Positions 1-9,750 of a stretch of DNA of 64,000 nt are shown here, one piece after another (positions within the stretch are counted from its first letter, which is position 1; each line of letters opens with the position of its first letter). The DNA lies in assembly GCA_000989305.1 (NCBI GenBank), contig LBTB01000002.1, positions 40,411 to 104,410 on the forward strand, read 5' to 3'. The position numbers and the translations under genes are program-made. Origin of the DNA: Candidatus Shapirobacteria bacterium GW2011_GWF2_37_20. Its GTDB lineage: Bacteria > Patescibacteriota > Microgenomatia > UBA12405. A model generated the notes under the pieces. The model worked only from the letters and a program-made list of their open reading frames with translations, did not search any database and was not told the origin of the DNA.

Positions 1-216
1 CCTTCTCTTCGCGAAGTCTTAAACTCTTCGGCTCTGTATATTAATCCGGAAAAATCCAGCACTTTAATTTCAGCCTTTCAAAAAATGATCGATCAGAAGT
101 TTCGCCAAAAACTTATTGAAAAAAGTAAATTTCAAGCAAATAAATTCACCTGGGAAAACTCAGCTAAAAATTTAATTTTACTTTTTCACCAAAAATTTGG
201 GGCTAAAAATGTATAA
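1..216 (+). CDS. glycosyltransferase family 1 (GT4-like), C-terminal fragment; 5' end lies outside the window
   Basis: Frame-1 translation runs from the window edge to TAA at 214-216 (...NPEKSSTLISAFQKMIDQKFRQKLIEKSKFQANKFTWENSAKNLILLFHQKFG). The tail is typical of a GT4 C-terminus and heads a run of glycosyltransferase genes. Confidence 0.4.
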   Translation, partial: PSLREVLNSSALYINPEKSSTLISAFQKMIDQKFRQKLIEKSKFQANKFTWENSAKNLILLFHQKFGAKNV

Positions 217-817
217 TTCATCTATGAATCAATATGTTGGCCAAAAAGTTACCCTAAGCAATATATTTCCCAAGATTATCAATCGCCTTAGAACTATCGG
301 TTTAGAGTTGGTATTACTCTTTCTTCGCTGTGTTGGATATATTCCCCTTCATACAGTTCGTAAAATAATCTATATACTTTTTGGTGTAAAAATGCCCTTT
401 GATTCCAATATTTATATGGGTGCCAATTTTTTTAACCCTTCTGGCATCACCATTGGTCACGATTCGTTAATCGGATCTAATTGTTTTCTTGATGGCCGCG
501 CCCCTCTGACCATAGGTAATCACACCAGTCTGGCCAGTGAAGTAATGATCTACAACGACGAACACAATCTTAACTCACCAAATTACGAAAATTCTTTTGG
601 TGCCGTTACCATCGATGATTATGTATTTATTGGTCCCCGGGCCATAATTCTTCCCGGAGTCTCAATCGGAAGGGGAGCGGTTGTTGCTGCCGGCGCAGTG
701 GTTACCAAAAATATTCCGGATTTTGAAATTTGGGGTGGAGTTCCCGCCAAAAAAATCTCTGATCGTCAAATCAAAGATCCTCAATATAAACTTGGTCGAC
801 CAATGCTTTTCCAATAA
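197..817 (+). CDS. hexapeptide-repeat (left-handed beta-helix) sugar O-acetyltransferase
   Basis: Imperfect hexapeptide repeats and the C-terminal motif IGPRAIILPGVSIGRGAVVAAGAVVTKNIPDFEIWGGVPAKKI typical of WbbJ/maltose-acetyltransferase-like enzymes. The real start is probably ATG at 209. Confidence 0.75.
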   Translation: MGLKMYNSSMNQYVGQKVTLSNIFPKIINRLRTIGLELVLLFLRCVGYIPLHTVRKIIYILFGVKMPFDSNIYMGANFFNPSGITIGHDSLIGSNCFLDGRAPLTIGNHTSLASEVMIYNDEHNLNSPNYENSFGAVTIDDYVFIGPRAIILPGVSIGRGAVVAAGAVVTKNIPDFEIWGGVPAKKISDRQIKDPQYKLGRPMLFQ

Positions 818-1362
818 TGCTAAAAAAACTTCTACCAATTATTGTTGTTGTCGTTAATGCTGTATTTTTAACCTATCTCTTAATTCCTACCCCCACCCTT
901 AAGCCTCTTCCCAATAGTGTCAAATCCACTGAGCCGGGAGACACAGTCCAACTAAAAAATGTTTCCGCCTATTACACTAATCTTTCCCGGACGGAAATTA
1001 TGAATTTCTACAGATCATCCTACACCAATCCTCTTGTAATCCGTTTAAATTATCCACCCGAATTAAGTAAGATAATTTTCCGTGACACCATCCAAAGTTA
1101 TTATCTGGAAGAGTTATCCATTCCCTTTAAAGAATCTCTCTATATCAATGGTTTTGAATGGGAAAATGACGTCTTTACCAAACCCGAAAAAAGAATAAAG
1201 AATAAATTGCTTTTTGAAGGTATTGAGTATCGCGCCAAAATTACCCTAAAAACCATCCCCACCTCGATTCCCGTCCGCCTGCTTAGCTTTTTTGGTACTG
1301 AGATTGCATTAATTGGTGTAAGTTACCTCTACTTAAAATTTTTAAAAAACCGTGGTCGTTAA
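817..1362 (+). CDS. hypothetical membrane protein (single N-terminal TM)
   Basis: ATG overlaps the upstream stop (TAATG). Hydrophobic N-terminus LLPIIVVVVNAVFLTYLLIP. Sits inside the glycan cluster. No recognisable motif. Confidence 0.4.
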   Translation: MLKKLLPIIVVVVNAVFLTYLLIPTPTLKPLPNSVKSTEPGDTVQLKNVSAYYTNLSRTEIMNFYRSSYTNPLVIRLNYPPELSKIIFRDTIQSYYLEELSIPFKESLYINGFEWENDVFTKPEKRIKNKLLFEGIEYRAKITLKTIPTSIPVRLLSFFGTEIALIGVSYLYLKFLKNRGR

Positions 1363-2284
1363 GCCTCTTTTATCCATCATTATTGTTTCTTTTAATACCT
1401 GTCAAATCACTCTTGACTGCTTAAAATCTGTATTTAAAGATAAGGGCTTAGAATTTGATTTAAGTAAAACCACTCCAAGCGAAAAAATCCCCACCGAAAT
1501 AATTGTTGTCGACAATGATTCAAAAGACAATTCTGTAAAAGAGTTACAAAAAGTCAAAAACATAACCCTGATTGCCAATAAAGAAAATTCCGGTTTCGGT
1601 AAGGCCAATAATCAAGCTATAGAAATTTCCTCCGGCAATTACATTTTGTTGCTTAATTCCGACACCTTAGTTCTCCATTCAGCCATCAGTCAAAGTTTAA
1701 ACTGGCTTTCAGCCCATCCCGAAGCCCACATGTGTAGCGCCCAACTCCTAAACAAAGACCTCAGTATTCAGGCTAGTGGTGGTCATTTCCCCAACCTCCT
1801 CAATACGCTCGCTTGGTCATTTGGCTTAGATGATTTACCTTTCTTTAACTCCCTTGTTCCCGCCTTTCATCCCCACACTCCTCAGTTTTATACCCATGAA
1901 AAATTCTTTACTAAAGACCACCAACAAGATTGGGTTACCGGCGCCTTTATGTTAATCCGTCGCTCTATAGTCGACCAAACCAAAGGTTTTGATGAAAGTT
2001 ATTTTATGTACGGCGAGGAAGTTGAATGGGCCTACCGCATGCATCTTGCCTTACCTCAATCACAAACCTGGTACCTGGTTGGACCCCAAATTATTCATCT
2101 GGGCGGAGCCTCTGCCATCAAACGCTCTGACCCCATCATTCGGGAATATACCGGTGTTATCGCTTTCTTTCAACGACATCGTCCTCAATGGCAAACCGCA
2201 ATAGTTAAAAAAGCGTTAAAAATAAATGCCTGTCTCAGGAGCTTAATTATTCCTATCTACAAAGAAGTATGTTCAAAAATGTAA
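1352..2284 (+). CDS. glycosyltransferase family 2
   Basis: LSIIIVSFNTCQ...VVDNDSKDNS...LLNSDT...YGEEVEW: the GT2 (GT-A) N-terminal DxD region and core. Confidence 0.75.
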   Translation: MVVKPLLSIIIVSFNTCQITLDCLKSVFKDKGLEFDLSKTTPSEKIPTEIIVVDNDSKDNSVKELQKVKNITLIANKENSGFGKANNQAIEISSGNYILLLNSDTLVLHSAISQSLNWLSAHPEAHMCSAQLLNKDLSIQASGGHFPNLLNTLAWSFGLDDLPFFNSLVPAFHPHTPQFYTHEKFFTKDHQQDWVTGAFMLIRRSIVDQTKGFDESYFMYGEEVEWAYRMHLALPQSQTWYLVGPQIIHLGGASAIKRSDPIIREYTGVIAFFQRHRPQWQTAIVKKALKINACLRSLIIPIYKEVCSKM

Positions 2285-3663
2285 ACATTTTTAGGATAAT
2301 TTTAGCCTCTTTGATTGTTTTTATCCCTCTCTATCCTAAATTCCCCCTCTTAAGCGTTAACGGTACTTACGTAGCCATCAGACTTGACGATATTATTATC
2401 GGCCTCTCTATTATTTTCTGGTTATTTCACCAACTAAAAAATCGCTTTCCCTTTTTTAAACAGAGAATCACCCCACTATTTATTGCCTATTTTATAGCCA
2501 TAGTCATCAGTACTCTCAATGCCATCTTAATTTACCAAACCACTTCTCCTTCAATTCTTATTCTCAACACTCTCCGCCGTTTTGAATACATTTCTTTATT
2601 TTTTATTACTCTTGAAGGTGTAAAAAATCTCAAAGATTTTCTTTATCCTTACCTTTTTTCTCTCTTGGCTCTTTTTGGAATTGCCATCTATGGTTATGGG
2701 CAAAAGTTTTTTCAATTTCCAGTCATCTCCACCATGAATGAAGAGTTTTCCAAAGGCCAACTTCTACAAATGAATGTTTGGACCAGAATTTCTTCAACCT
2801 TTGCCGGTCACTACGATTTAGCCGCTTATCTCAGTCTGGTTTTAATAATAATTGGGGCCGTAGCTGTCATCAGTAAAAAAGCCTGGTTAAAAATTCCTTC
2901 ATTTATTCTATTTTTAGTTGGATTTCATCTCCTAACCCTCACTGCTTCGCGGGTTTCTATTTTCTCTTTTTGGGGAGCTATTGTTCTTTGTTTTATCTTA
3001 TTACGCCGATATTTATGGGTAATTCCTGTTTCAGTCTTAGTTGTCTTTAGTATCGTCAATTCAAAAGACCTCAACCAGCGTCTTTTGGCCACCATCCCTT
3101 CCTTAAAATTCCAAATAGAAAAAAATAAACCAACCACTACTCCCGTCCCCAGTTTAGCTCCCACACCCACCTCAGCTGTTATTGCCGTTACCACTCCCAA
3201 AAAGCTTCTTTCTCCCACCCCTACTGTTTTTAGACATCCTCCTGAATATGAAGTAACCCCGGCTGACCTTGATGCCGGTGTTGCCAGATCCGGTGAAATC
3301 CGATTTAATGTTGAATGGCCCCGGGCCATGACTGCCTTCAAAAAAAATCCTCTCCTGGGCACTGGACCCGGCTCAATAACCTTAGCCACAGACAACGATT
3401 ACCTCCGCTCGCTAGGAGAAAGCGGTCTCTTTGGTTTTTTTACATTTATTGTTATATTTATTTACTTGTTTATAAGAACCATTCCTCTGATATTTAAAAG
3501 ACCCACAGACTTAAAATCACAATTATCCCTTATCTTTTTTTCGGTAATGCTTTGTATTTGGGCCAACGCCGTCTTCATCGATATCTTTGAAGCCTCAAAA
3601 GTTGCCTATACAATTTGGATAATTATGGCTCTTTATTATCAAAGTCTCCACCTAAAAAAATGA
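2269..3663 (+). CDS. O-antigen ligase/polymerase-like polytopic membrane protein (Wzy_C family) with internal Pro/Thr-rich linker
   Basis: At least 10 predicted TM helices, the LTASRVSIFSFWG motif (O-antigen ligase 'SR' loop) and a large extracytoplasmic loop containing PTTTPVPSLAPTPTSAVIAVTTP. Confidence 0.5.
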   Translation: MFKNVNIFRIILASLIVFIPLYPKFPLLSVNGTYVAIRLDDIIIGLSIIFWLFHQLKNRFPFFKQRITPLFIAYFIAIVISTLNAILIYQTTSPSILILNTLRRFEYISLFFITLEGVKNLKDFLYPYLFSLLALFGIAIYGYGQKFFQFPVISTMNEEFSKGQLLQMNVWTRISSTFAGHYDLAAYLSLVLIIIGAVAVISKKAWLKIPSFILFLVGFHLLTLTASRVSIFSFWGAIVLCFILLRRYLWVIPVSVLVVFSIVNSKDLNQRLLATIPSLKFQIEKNKPTTTPVPSLAPTPTSAVIAVTTPKKLLSPTPTVFRHPPEYEVTPADLDAGVARSGEIRFNVEWPRAMTAFKKNPLLGTGPGSITLATDNDYLRSLGESGLFGFFTFIVIFIYLFIRTIPLIFKRPTDLKSQLSLIFFSVMLCIWANAVFIDIFEASKVAYTIWIIMALYYQSLHLKK

Positions 3664-4874
3664 CCAAAAAAAGACGCATTCTCATGATCACCCCTTATAT
3701 CCCCAGATTGTCACAATCCGGCGGACAAAGATCATCCTTCTATTCTATAAAGTACCTGGCTCCCAAAAACGACATCACCCTGATTTGTTTCAGCCGCGAC
3801 GAGGAAGGGGTTGAAGATGTTCGTCAATACTGTCAAAAAGTAATTGTTGTCAAAAGGGGCAAAACCTGGGACATAAAAAAAGTTTTTGCCACTGCTTTTA
3901 GTCCTTATCCCTTTTTGGTGGTTAACTACATTTCCGATGATTTTCGCAAAACCATCCAGCAGGAAATTGATACTCATAAGTTTGATCTGATTCACTGCGA
4001 TTGTTTTTACCCCATGCCCAATATCCCCAAAACCAACATTCCGGTAGTTTTAGTGGACTTAACTATTGAATATGCCGTTTATCAGCACTACGTCGAAAGC
4101 CTTTCCGGTTGGCGAAAACTTCTTGCTCCTATTTTATGGGTTGATGTCCGTAAATTAAAATATTGGGAAACCCACTATTGGAAAAATACTCACACCGTCG
4201 TTGCCTTTGGCATCGAAGACCAAAAAATTATCTCTGAAATTACCGGTCGAAATGATATTCAATATTTCCAAAACGGAGTTGATCAAAAATATATCGACGC
4301 TCCCATTAAAACTAAAAAATCGAAACGTCCCTCTATCCTTTTTGGGGTTTCCAACATGAAATGGATGCAAAACAGAGAATCGGTTGAGTTGATTCTTCAA
4401 AATTACTGGCCTCAAATTAAAGCTCAAATTCCCGATTGCCAGCTCAACATCATTGGCCGTTTTGCTCCTGAGTTTTTTGGGAAATATGCCTCCAAAGATA
4501 TTATTGTGGCCGAAGCCGATGCTGACGGTCAGGCAAAAGATCCCCAATATTATTACCAACATTGTTGGTTACTTTTAGCCCCAATGGGCAGTGGGGGAGG
4601 CACCCGTAATAAATTCCTTGAAGGTATGACCTTTGGTCTTCCGGTAATTACCAATCCAGAAGGAGGTATGGGTAGTATAAAAATAAAGAACTATAAACAT
4701 GCCATCGTTTGCCCCGACAATGAAATCCTAAAAAACGTTATCAAAATATTGACCGATACTAAGTTTCGAGAAAACCTCGGAACCAACGCCCGCAAACTTA
4801 TAAAAGACAATTATTCTTTTGTTAAATGCGTCGAAGGTCTTAACCAAATTTATGAAAATATCACTAAAAAATAA
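3660..4874 (+). CDS. glycosyltransferase family 1 (GT4)
   Basis: ATG at 3660 overlaps the upstream stop (ATGA). C-terminal LLAPMGSGGGTRNKFLEGMTFGLPVITNPEGG resembles the GT4 E-x7-E region. The longer ORF-track start at 3615 is probably upstream read-through. Confidence 0.6.
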   Translation: MTKKRRILMITPYIPRLSQSGGQRSSFYSIKYLAPKNDITLICFSRDEEGVEDVRQYCQKVIVVKRGKTWDIKKVFATAFSPYPFLVVNYISDDFRKTIQQEIDTHKFDLIHCDCFYPMPNIPKTNIPVVLVDLTIEYAVYQHYVESLSGWRKLLAPILWVDVRKLKYWETHYWKNTHTVVAFGIEDQKIISEITGRNDIQYFQNGVDQKYIDAPIKTKKSKRPSILFGVSNMKWMQNRESVELILQNYWPQIKAQIPDCQLNIIGRFAPEFFGKYASKDIIVAEADADGQAKDPQYYYQHCWLLLAPMGSGGGTRNKFLEGMTFGLPVITNPEGGMGSIKIKNYKHAIVCPDNEILKNVIKILTDTKFRENLGTNARKLIKDNYSFVKCVEGLNQIYENITKK

Positions 4875-5805
4875 CCCTATTCTTTCGGTTGTCATCTTAA
4901 ATTACAATGCCAAGGATTATTTAAAAAAATGTTTACAAAGCATAAACAAATCCATTTTATCTGGCTACTCAATTGAAATTATTATTGCCGACAACGCTTC
5001 CACCGATAATAGTATCGAGTTGGCCAAAACTGTCAAAAGCACTAATCCTCAAATAAATTTTATCTTCAGAAATAACTCCGGAAATATCGGTTTTGCCGCC
5101 GGCAACAATGAGGGTCTTACTGCCTCCAATCCTGCCTCAAAATACGTCTTATTTCTAAATCCCGACACCACCGTTGAAACTGACACCTTTCGTAAAATCA
5201 TCGATTTTTTCCAACATCACCCGGATGTAGACGCCGCCACCTGCAACTTAATCCTGGCCTTAACCGGAAAAACCCAACCGGAATCTCATCGGGGTTTTCC
5301 CACCCCCTGGAACGCCTTTTGTCATTTTTTCGGCTTTGGTCTTCCCAAACTCTTTCCTCACACCAAATTTTTTAATGGTTATTTCTTGGGCCATTTAGAT
5401 TACTCCAAAGTTCAAAAAATTGATGCCTGCGTTGGTGCCTTTATCATGATCAAAAGGGAAGTCGGTCAAAAAATTAACTGGTGGAATGAAAAATATTTTA
5501 TGTACGGTGAAGATTTAGATCTTTGTTGGCAGATAAAACAAAAAGGTTTCAACCTCTATTTCTATCCCGGCTGTAAAACCACCCATTATCAGGGGGTTTC
5601 TTCCGGTATCATTGCCCACTCACAAAAAATTTCCTCTGCTTCACGTATCACCAAAGCCAGATCCGCCCTGGCCACCACCAGTGCTATGCGGATTTTTTAT
5701 CAGGAAAATTTAATTAAAAATTATCCCCACTCTCTTCATTGGCTCGTTTGGCTGGGTATTGATATCTTGGAAAAATACCGCCTTTTTAAGGCTAAATATC
5801 TATGA
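4852..5805 (+). CDS. glycosyltransferase family 2
   Basis: ILSVVILNYNAKDYLKKCLQS...IIADNASTDNS...FLNPDT...YGEDLDLCW: classic GT2 motifs. ATG at 4852 is in frame with the longer track ORF. Confidence 0.75.
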   Translation: MKISLKNNPILSVVILNYNAKDYLKKCLQSINKSILSGYSIEIIIADNASTDNSIELAKTVKSTNPQINFIFRNNSGNIGFAAGNNEGLTASNPASKYVLFLNPDTTVETDTFRKIIDFFQHHPDVDAATCNLILALTGKTQPESHRGFPTPWNAFCHFFGFGLPKLFPHTKFFNGYFLGHLDYSKVQKIDACVGAFIMIKREVGQKINWWNEKYFMYGEDLDLCWQIKQKGFNLYFYPGCKTTHYQGVSSGIIAHSQKISSASRITKARSALATTSAMRIFYQENLIKNYPHSLHWLVWLGIDILEKYRLFKAKYL

Positions 5806-6929
5806 ACAGTAACATTGTCATCGATGCTAGGCTTTACGGACCACAGCATACAGGTTTGGGCCGATACACTAAAAACCTTTTAGTTGCCTTAAAGGGTTTA
5901 CCCACCTTCAACCAATACCACTTCACCCTTCTGGTTTATCCAGAATTGTTGACAGAAATAAAAAAAGACTTAGGTAATAATTTCACTTATGTCCCCACCA
6001 ATATCCGACATTATAGTCTCAGAGAACAATTGTGTTTACCTTTTTTACTAAACAAGCTTCATCCTGATCTTGTCCATTTTACTCACCTGGATAAACCCAT
6101 CTTGTATTTCAAAACATCCCTGGTGACCGTTCACGACTTGATCCGACATTTTTCCAAGGGCCCAGAGACTTCAACTAAAAGTTCCTTGCTTTATTGGCCA
6201 AAATACTGGGGTTATTTGCTAATGACTCGGATTGTTCTCGCTACCAGTTACCTAATTGTCCCTAGTAATTTTTGGCGTGACTATATTTTAAATAAATATA
6301 ATTTTAATCCAAAAAAAATTATTACCACCTACGAAGCCGTCGACCCCAAATTCCTCCAAAAATCTTCTAAACCCCAAAGTCTAAAATCTAATCCCTCAAA
6401 TTACATTCTCTATACCGGTAACTTATACCCTCATAAAAATATCGACATAGTCCTAAAAGCTCTCACCAAATTACCCTCAATTAAACTAAAAATAATTTGT
6501 GCCCGTTCGGTTTTTACCAAAACAATTGAAAAGCAAGTTTCACACTATCGTCTTCAAAAACAAGTCGAGTTTTTAGGTTTTGTTCCCGATAGTAAATTTT
6601 CTCAAATTTATCGTCAAGCCCTTGCCTTGGTCCACCCCTCATTCTGGGAGGGTTTTAGCCTCACCGGCCTAGAAGCCATGTCTCTCAATTGTCCAGTAAT
6701 TGCCGCTAAATCTAGTTGTTTACCTGAAATTTATGGTAATTCCGCGCTCTTTTTTGACCCAAAAGATTCAACTACTCTGATTGATCAAATTCTTCTCCTC
6801 CAAAAATCAGACACCTTACGTCATAAGCTAATCAAATTGGGACACTTGCAAGTTGCCAAATATTCATGGACAAAAACCGCCAAAGGCACTCTTTCATTTT
6901 ATGAAAAAATAATTCATGAAAAATCCTAA
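5802..6929 (+). CDS. glycosyltransferase family 1 (GT4)
   Basis: C-terminal EGFSLTGLEAMSLNCPVIAAKSSCLPEIYG (GT4 nucleotide-sugar binding). Start overlaps the upstream stop (ATGA). Confidence 0.7.
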   Translation: MNSNIVIDARLYGPQHTGLGRYTKNLLVALKGLPTFNQYHFTLLVYPELLTEIKKDLGNNFTYVPTNIRHYSLREQLCLPFLLNKLHPDLVHFTHLDKPILYFKTSLVTVHDLIRHFSKGPETSTKSSLLYWPKYWGYLLMTRIVLATSYLIVPSNFWRDYILNKYNFNPKKIITTYEAVDPKFLQKSSKPQSLKSNPSNYILYTGNLYPHKNIDIVLKALTKLPSIKLKIICARSVFTKTIEKQVSHYRLQKQVEFLGFVPDSKFSQIYRQALALVHPSFWEGFSLTGLEAMSLNCPVIAAKSSCLPEIYGNSALFFDPKDSTTLIDQILLLQKSDTLRHKLIKLGHLQVAKYSWTKTAKGTLSFYEKIIHEKS

Positions 6930-7980
6930 AGTAGCTATCTACTACGACTGGCTCAATCAGTGGGGTGGTGCAGAAAGAGTTTTGTTGGATCTTTTAGAGA
7001 TATATCCAAAAGCAGACATTTATACTCTGACCTACAACCCACAAAAAACATCCTGGCTCCCCAAAGGCCATCAGATATTCTCATTAAACTTAAAAAACAA
7101 ACTTTTATCTACCCCATTTTATGCCTATAAGTTAGAACAGATTGATTTTTCCTCTTATGATTTAGTTATTTCCACCACCTCAACTGTTGGCCACTGTCTC
7201 TTGACTCCCCCTCAATGTCTTTATATCTGCTATTTCCACAACATCAATCGTTATTTGTACCAACATCCTCCCGCCTTATTAAAACCGATATTAAATCAAT
7301 ACCAAAAAATTGATAAAATTTTTGCCACACGTCCCGACCATCTCTTTTGCAACTCCCAAAACGTGGCCTCACGCATTCAACAACATTATCACCGGGACGC
7401 TACCGTTCTTTATCCAGGAATTGACACCCAAAAATTTATCCCCAACCCCAAGCCACCACAAAAATATTTTTTGATTGTTTCTCGTCTTGTGGCTCACAAA
7501 AAAATTGATTTAGTTATTAATACGTTTAAAAGACTGCCTTATCGCCTAAAAATCGTTGGTACCGGTCGTGACGAGGCTTACTTAAAGTGTCTTGCTAATA
7601 ATTACCATAATATCGAATTTTATAAATCAATTGACGACTCTCAATTAATAAATCTATATCAAAACTGTCAGGGTCTAATTTATCCCCAGGAAGAAGACTT
7701 TGGCTTAACTGCCCTCGAAGTTCAATCCTGCGGTCGCGGAGTTATCGCCTTTAATCGGGGTGGTGCCAAAGAGTCAGTAATAAGCGGAAAAACCGGCATA
7801 TTTTTTGACAGACAAAGCCCAGAATCCCTCAGCGATGCCATCGAAAAATATTTATCAAAACCACCCCTAAGTGAGGACTGTCGTCGTCAAGCCATCAAGT
7901 TTGACCGACATAATTTTATGCTAAACTTTACCAAACAAGTCGACTCCATATGGTCAAAAAGACAAACCATTACATCATAA
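6916..7980 (+). CDS. glycosyltransferase family 1 (GT4)
   Basis: EEDFGLTALEVQSCGRGVIAFNRGGAKESV and WLNQWGGAERV (GT4-type). Confidence 0.7.
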   Translation: MKNPKVAIYYDWLNQWGGAERVLLDLLEIYPKADIYTLTYNPQKTSWLPKGHQIFSLNLKNKLLSTPFYAYKLEQIDFSSYDLVISTTSTVGHCLLTPPQCLYICYFHNINRYLYQHPPALLKPILNQYQKIDKIFATRPDHLFCNSQNVASRIQQHYHRDATVLYPGIDTQKFIPNPKPPQKYFLIVSRLVAHKKIDLVINTFKRLPYRLKIVGTGRDEAYLKCLANNYHNIEFYKSIDDSQLINLYQNCQGLIYPQEEDFGLTALEVQSCGRGVIAFNRGGAKESVISGKTGIFFDRQSPESLSDAIEKYLSKPPLSEDCRRQAIKFDRHNFMLNFTKQVDSIWSKRQTITS

Positions 7981-9038
7981 TTCTTTGCGGAGGTACCGGA
8001 CCCCGACTCTGGCCACTATCCCGGGTTAACCATCCCAAACAGTTTTTAAAAATTTTTTCCGATAATTCTTTACTTAAAGAAACCTTGTTACGTGCCCAAA
8101 AAATTGTTCCCCCGGAAAATATCTTTATTGTTACCAACAGCAAGTATTCCTCTCTCATTAAGCACGACCTCAAGGGACTAATCAAAGTTCAGAATGTTCT
8201 TGCTGAACCACAAAGAAAAAATACTGCCATGGCCATTCTGTATGCTTCAGCTGTTATTAGTCGCCTTAATCCCCAAGCCACCATCACCAGCTTTCCTTCT
8301 GATCATTTTATTGGTCAACTTAGCAATTTCAAACACGACATTAATCAAGGCTTTCAACTAGCCCAAAACAACGAAATTGTTACCTTTGGCATTAAACCCA
8401 ACTCACCCAGTACCTCTTTTGGATACATTCAGGTAAATCCCAAAAACCACGTTCTTCAATTTATTGAGAAACCAAAAATTGATCTTGCCAAAGAATTAAT
8501 CCGGAAAAATTCATGGTATTGGAATAGCGGTATCTACACTTTCAAAATTGATACCCTCATTAAAGAGTTTAGACTCTATTCAAAAGAATACCTTCCTCTC
8601 TTTATCAAGCTCCAGGAAAATTATCAGCATCCCAAAATAGTTCAAAAAATTTACTCTCTCTCACCCTCACTCCCCATCGACATCGCCATTTCCGAAAAAT
8701 CAAAAGCGATGACACTAATTCCAGCCACCTTTTCCTGGAACGATGTTGGTGAATGGAAATCAATCTACCAGGAATTACCCAAAAACAAAAACCATAATTC
8801 CACCTTACCCAAAAATGTAAAATATCTTGAATTAAACTCTAAAAACTGCCTTATTTCTGCCGATACTAATAAACTAGTAGGTCTGGTTGATGTCAACAAT
8901 TTAGCCGTAATTGACACTCCCGACGCCTTACTCATCTGCAATATCGCCAATGATGGCAGTTTTCGGGTTCGTGAATTAGTTTCAAAAATTGTTCAAAACC
9001 CCTCCCTTAAACATTATTTTACCGGTAAGTATGACTAA
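7950..9038 (+). CDS. manC: mannose-1-phosphate guanylyltransferase (nucleotidyltransferase domain, no C-terminal cupin)
   Basis: IIILCGGTGPRLWPLSRVNHPKQFLKI...VLAEPQRKNTAMAI matches the ManC/GMP N-terminal signature GGxGxRLWPLSR...PKQF. Confidence 0.7.
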   Translation: MVKKTNHYIIILCGGTGPRLWPLSRVNHPKQFLKIFSDNSLLKETLLRAQKIVPPENIFIVTNSKYSSLIKHDLKGLIKVQNVLAEPQRKNTAMAILYASAVISRLNPQATITSFPSDHFIGQLSNFKHDINQGFQLAQNNEIVTFGIKPNSPSTSFGYIQVNPKNHVLQFIEKPKIDLAKELIRKNSWYWNSGIYTFKIDTLIKEFRLYSKEYLPLFIKLQENYQHPKIVQKIYSLSPSLPIDIAISEKSKAMTLIPATFSWNDVGEWKSIYQELPKNKNHNSTLPKNVKYLELNSKNCLISADTNKLVGLVDVNNLAVIDTPDALLICNIANDGSFRVRELVSKIVQNPSLKHYFTGKYD

Positions 9039-9747
9039 AAGAGATTTGCCTTTTTACTCTCTGCGTGTTTTTCTTTTCGCTCCCGTTAAAAGAGCCATTG
9101 ATATTTTTGGTTCAATAATTCTTCTGATAATATTTTCTCCCTTGATGCTTGTAACCGCTGTTTTGGTTTACAAAACCTCCAAAACCGGTATTGTCTCCAA
9201 ATATCCTCAAAAGGGACATGCTGATAATCTGTTGGACAATATATTTTTTCATCAAAAAAGAGTTGGTCGAGGAAAAGAATTTGACATGTATAAATTTCAT
9301 TCCATGTATATCGCTGATAATGATAATTTTTTAAAATCAGAGTACCCAAAACTTTGGAAAAAATATAAAGCCAACGACTGGAAACTATCCGCCAATGAAG
9401 ACCCCCGGATTACCCCCATTGGTAAATTTATTCGGGCCACCTCTATTGATGAGATGCCTCAATTCATAAATGTCCTCAAGGGAGACATGAGCTTAGTTGG
9501 TCCCCGGGCATATCGTGACCAGGAGTTACACGAATACGCTCAAAAATATCCCCAGACAAAAAAATATATTGAAGTCATTAGGACTGCCAAACCCGGTATC
9601 ACCGGCCTTTGGCAAGTATCAGGTAGAAACGACCTACCCTTTGAGAAAAGGGCTAAGATGGATGCCGACTATATTGAAAACCGTTCTCTCCGTCAAGAAA
9701 TTGCCATCATCTTCAAAACCCCCATGGCCATGTTTTCTCATTGGTAA
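9031..9747 (+). CDS. bacterial sugar transferase (polyprenyl-phosphate priming glycosyl-1-phosphate transferase, WbaP/WcaJ C-terminal-domain type)
   Basis: N-terminal TM helix, then FDMYKFHSMY...EMPQFINVLKGDMSLVGPRA (PF02397 signature). Confidence 0.75.
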   Translation: MTKRDLPFYSLRVFLFAPVKRAIDIFGSIILLIIFSPLMLVTAVLVYKTSKTGIVSKYPQKGHADNLLDNIFFHQKRVGRGKEFDMYKFHSMYIADNDNFLKSEYPKLWKKYKANDWKLSANEDPRITPIGKFIRATSIDEMPQFINVLKGDMSLVGPRAYRDQELHEYAQKYPQTKKYIEVIRTAKPGITGLWQVSGRNDLPFEKRAKMDADYIENRSLRQEIAIIFKTPMAMFSHW

Positions 9748-9750
9748 TAC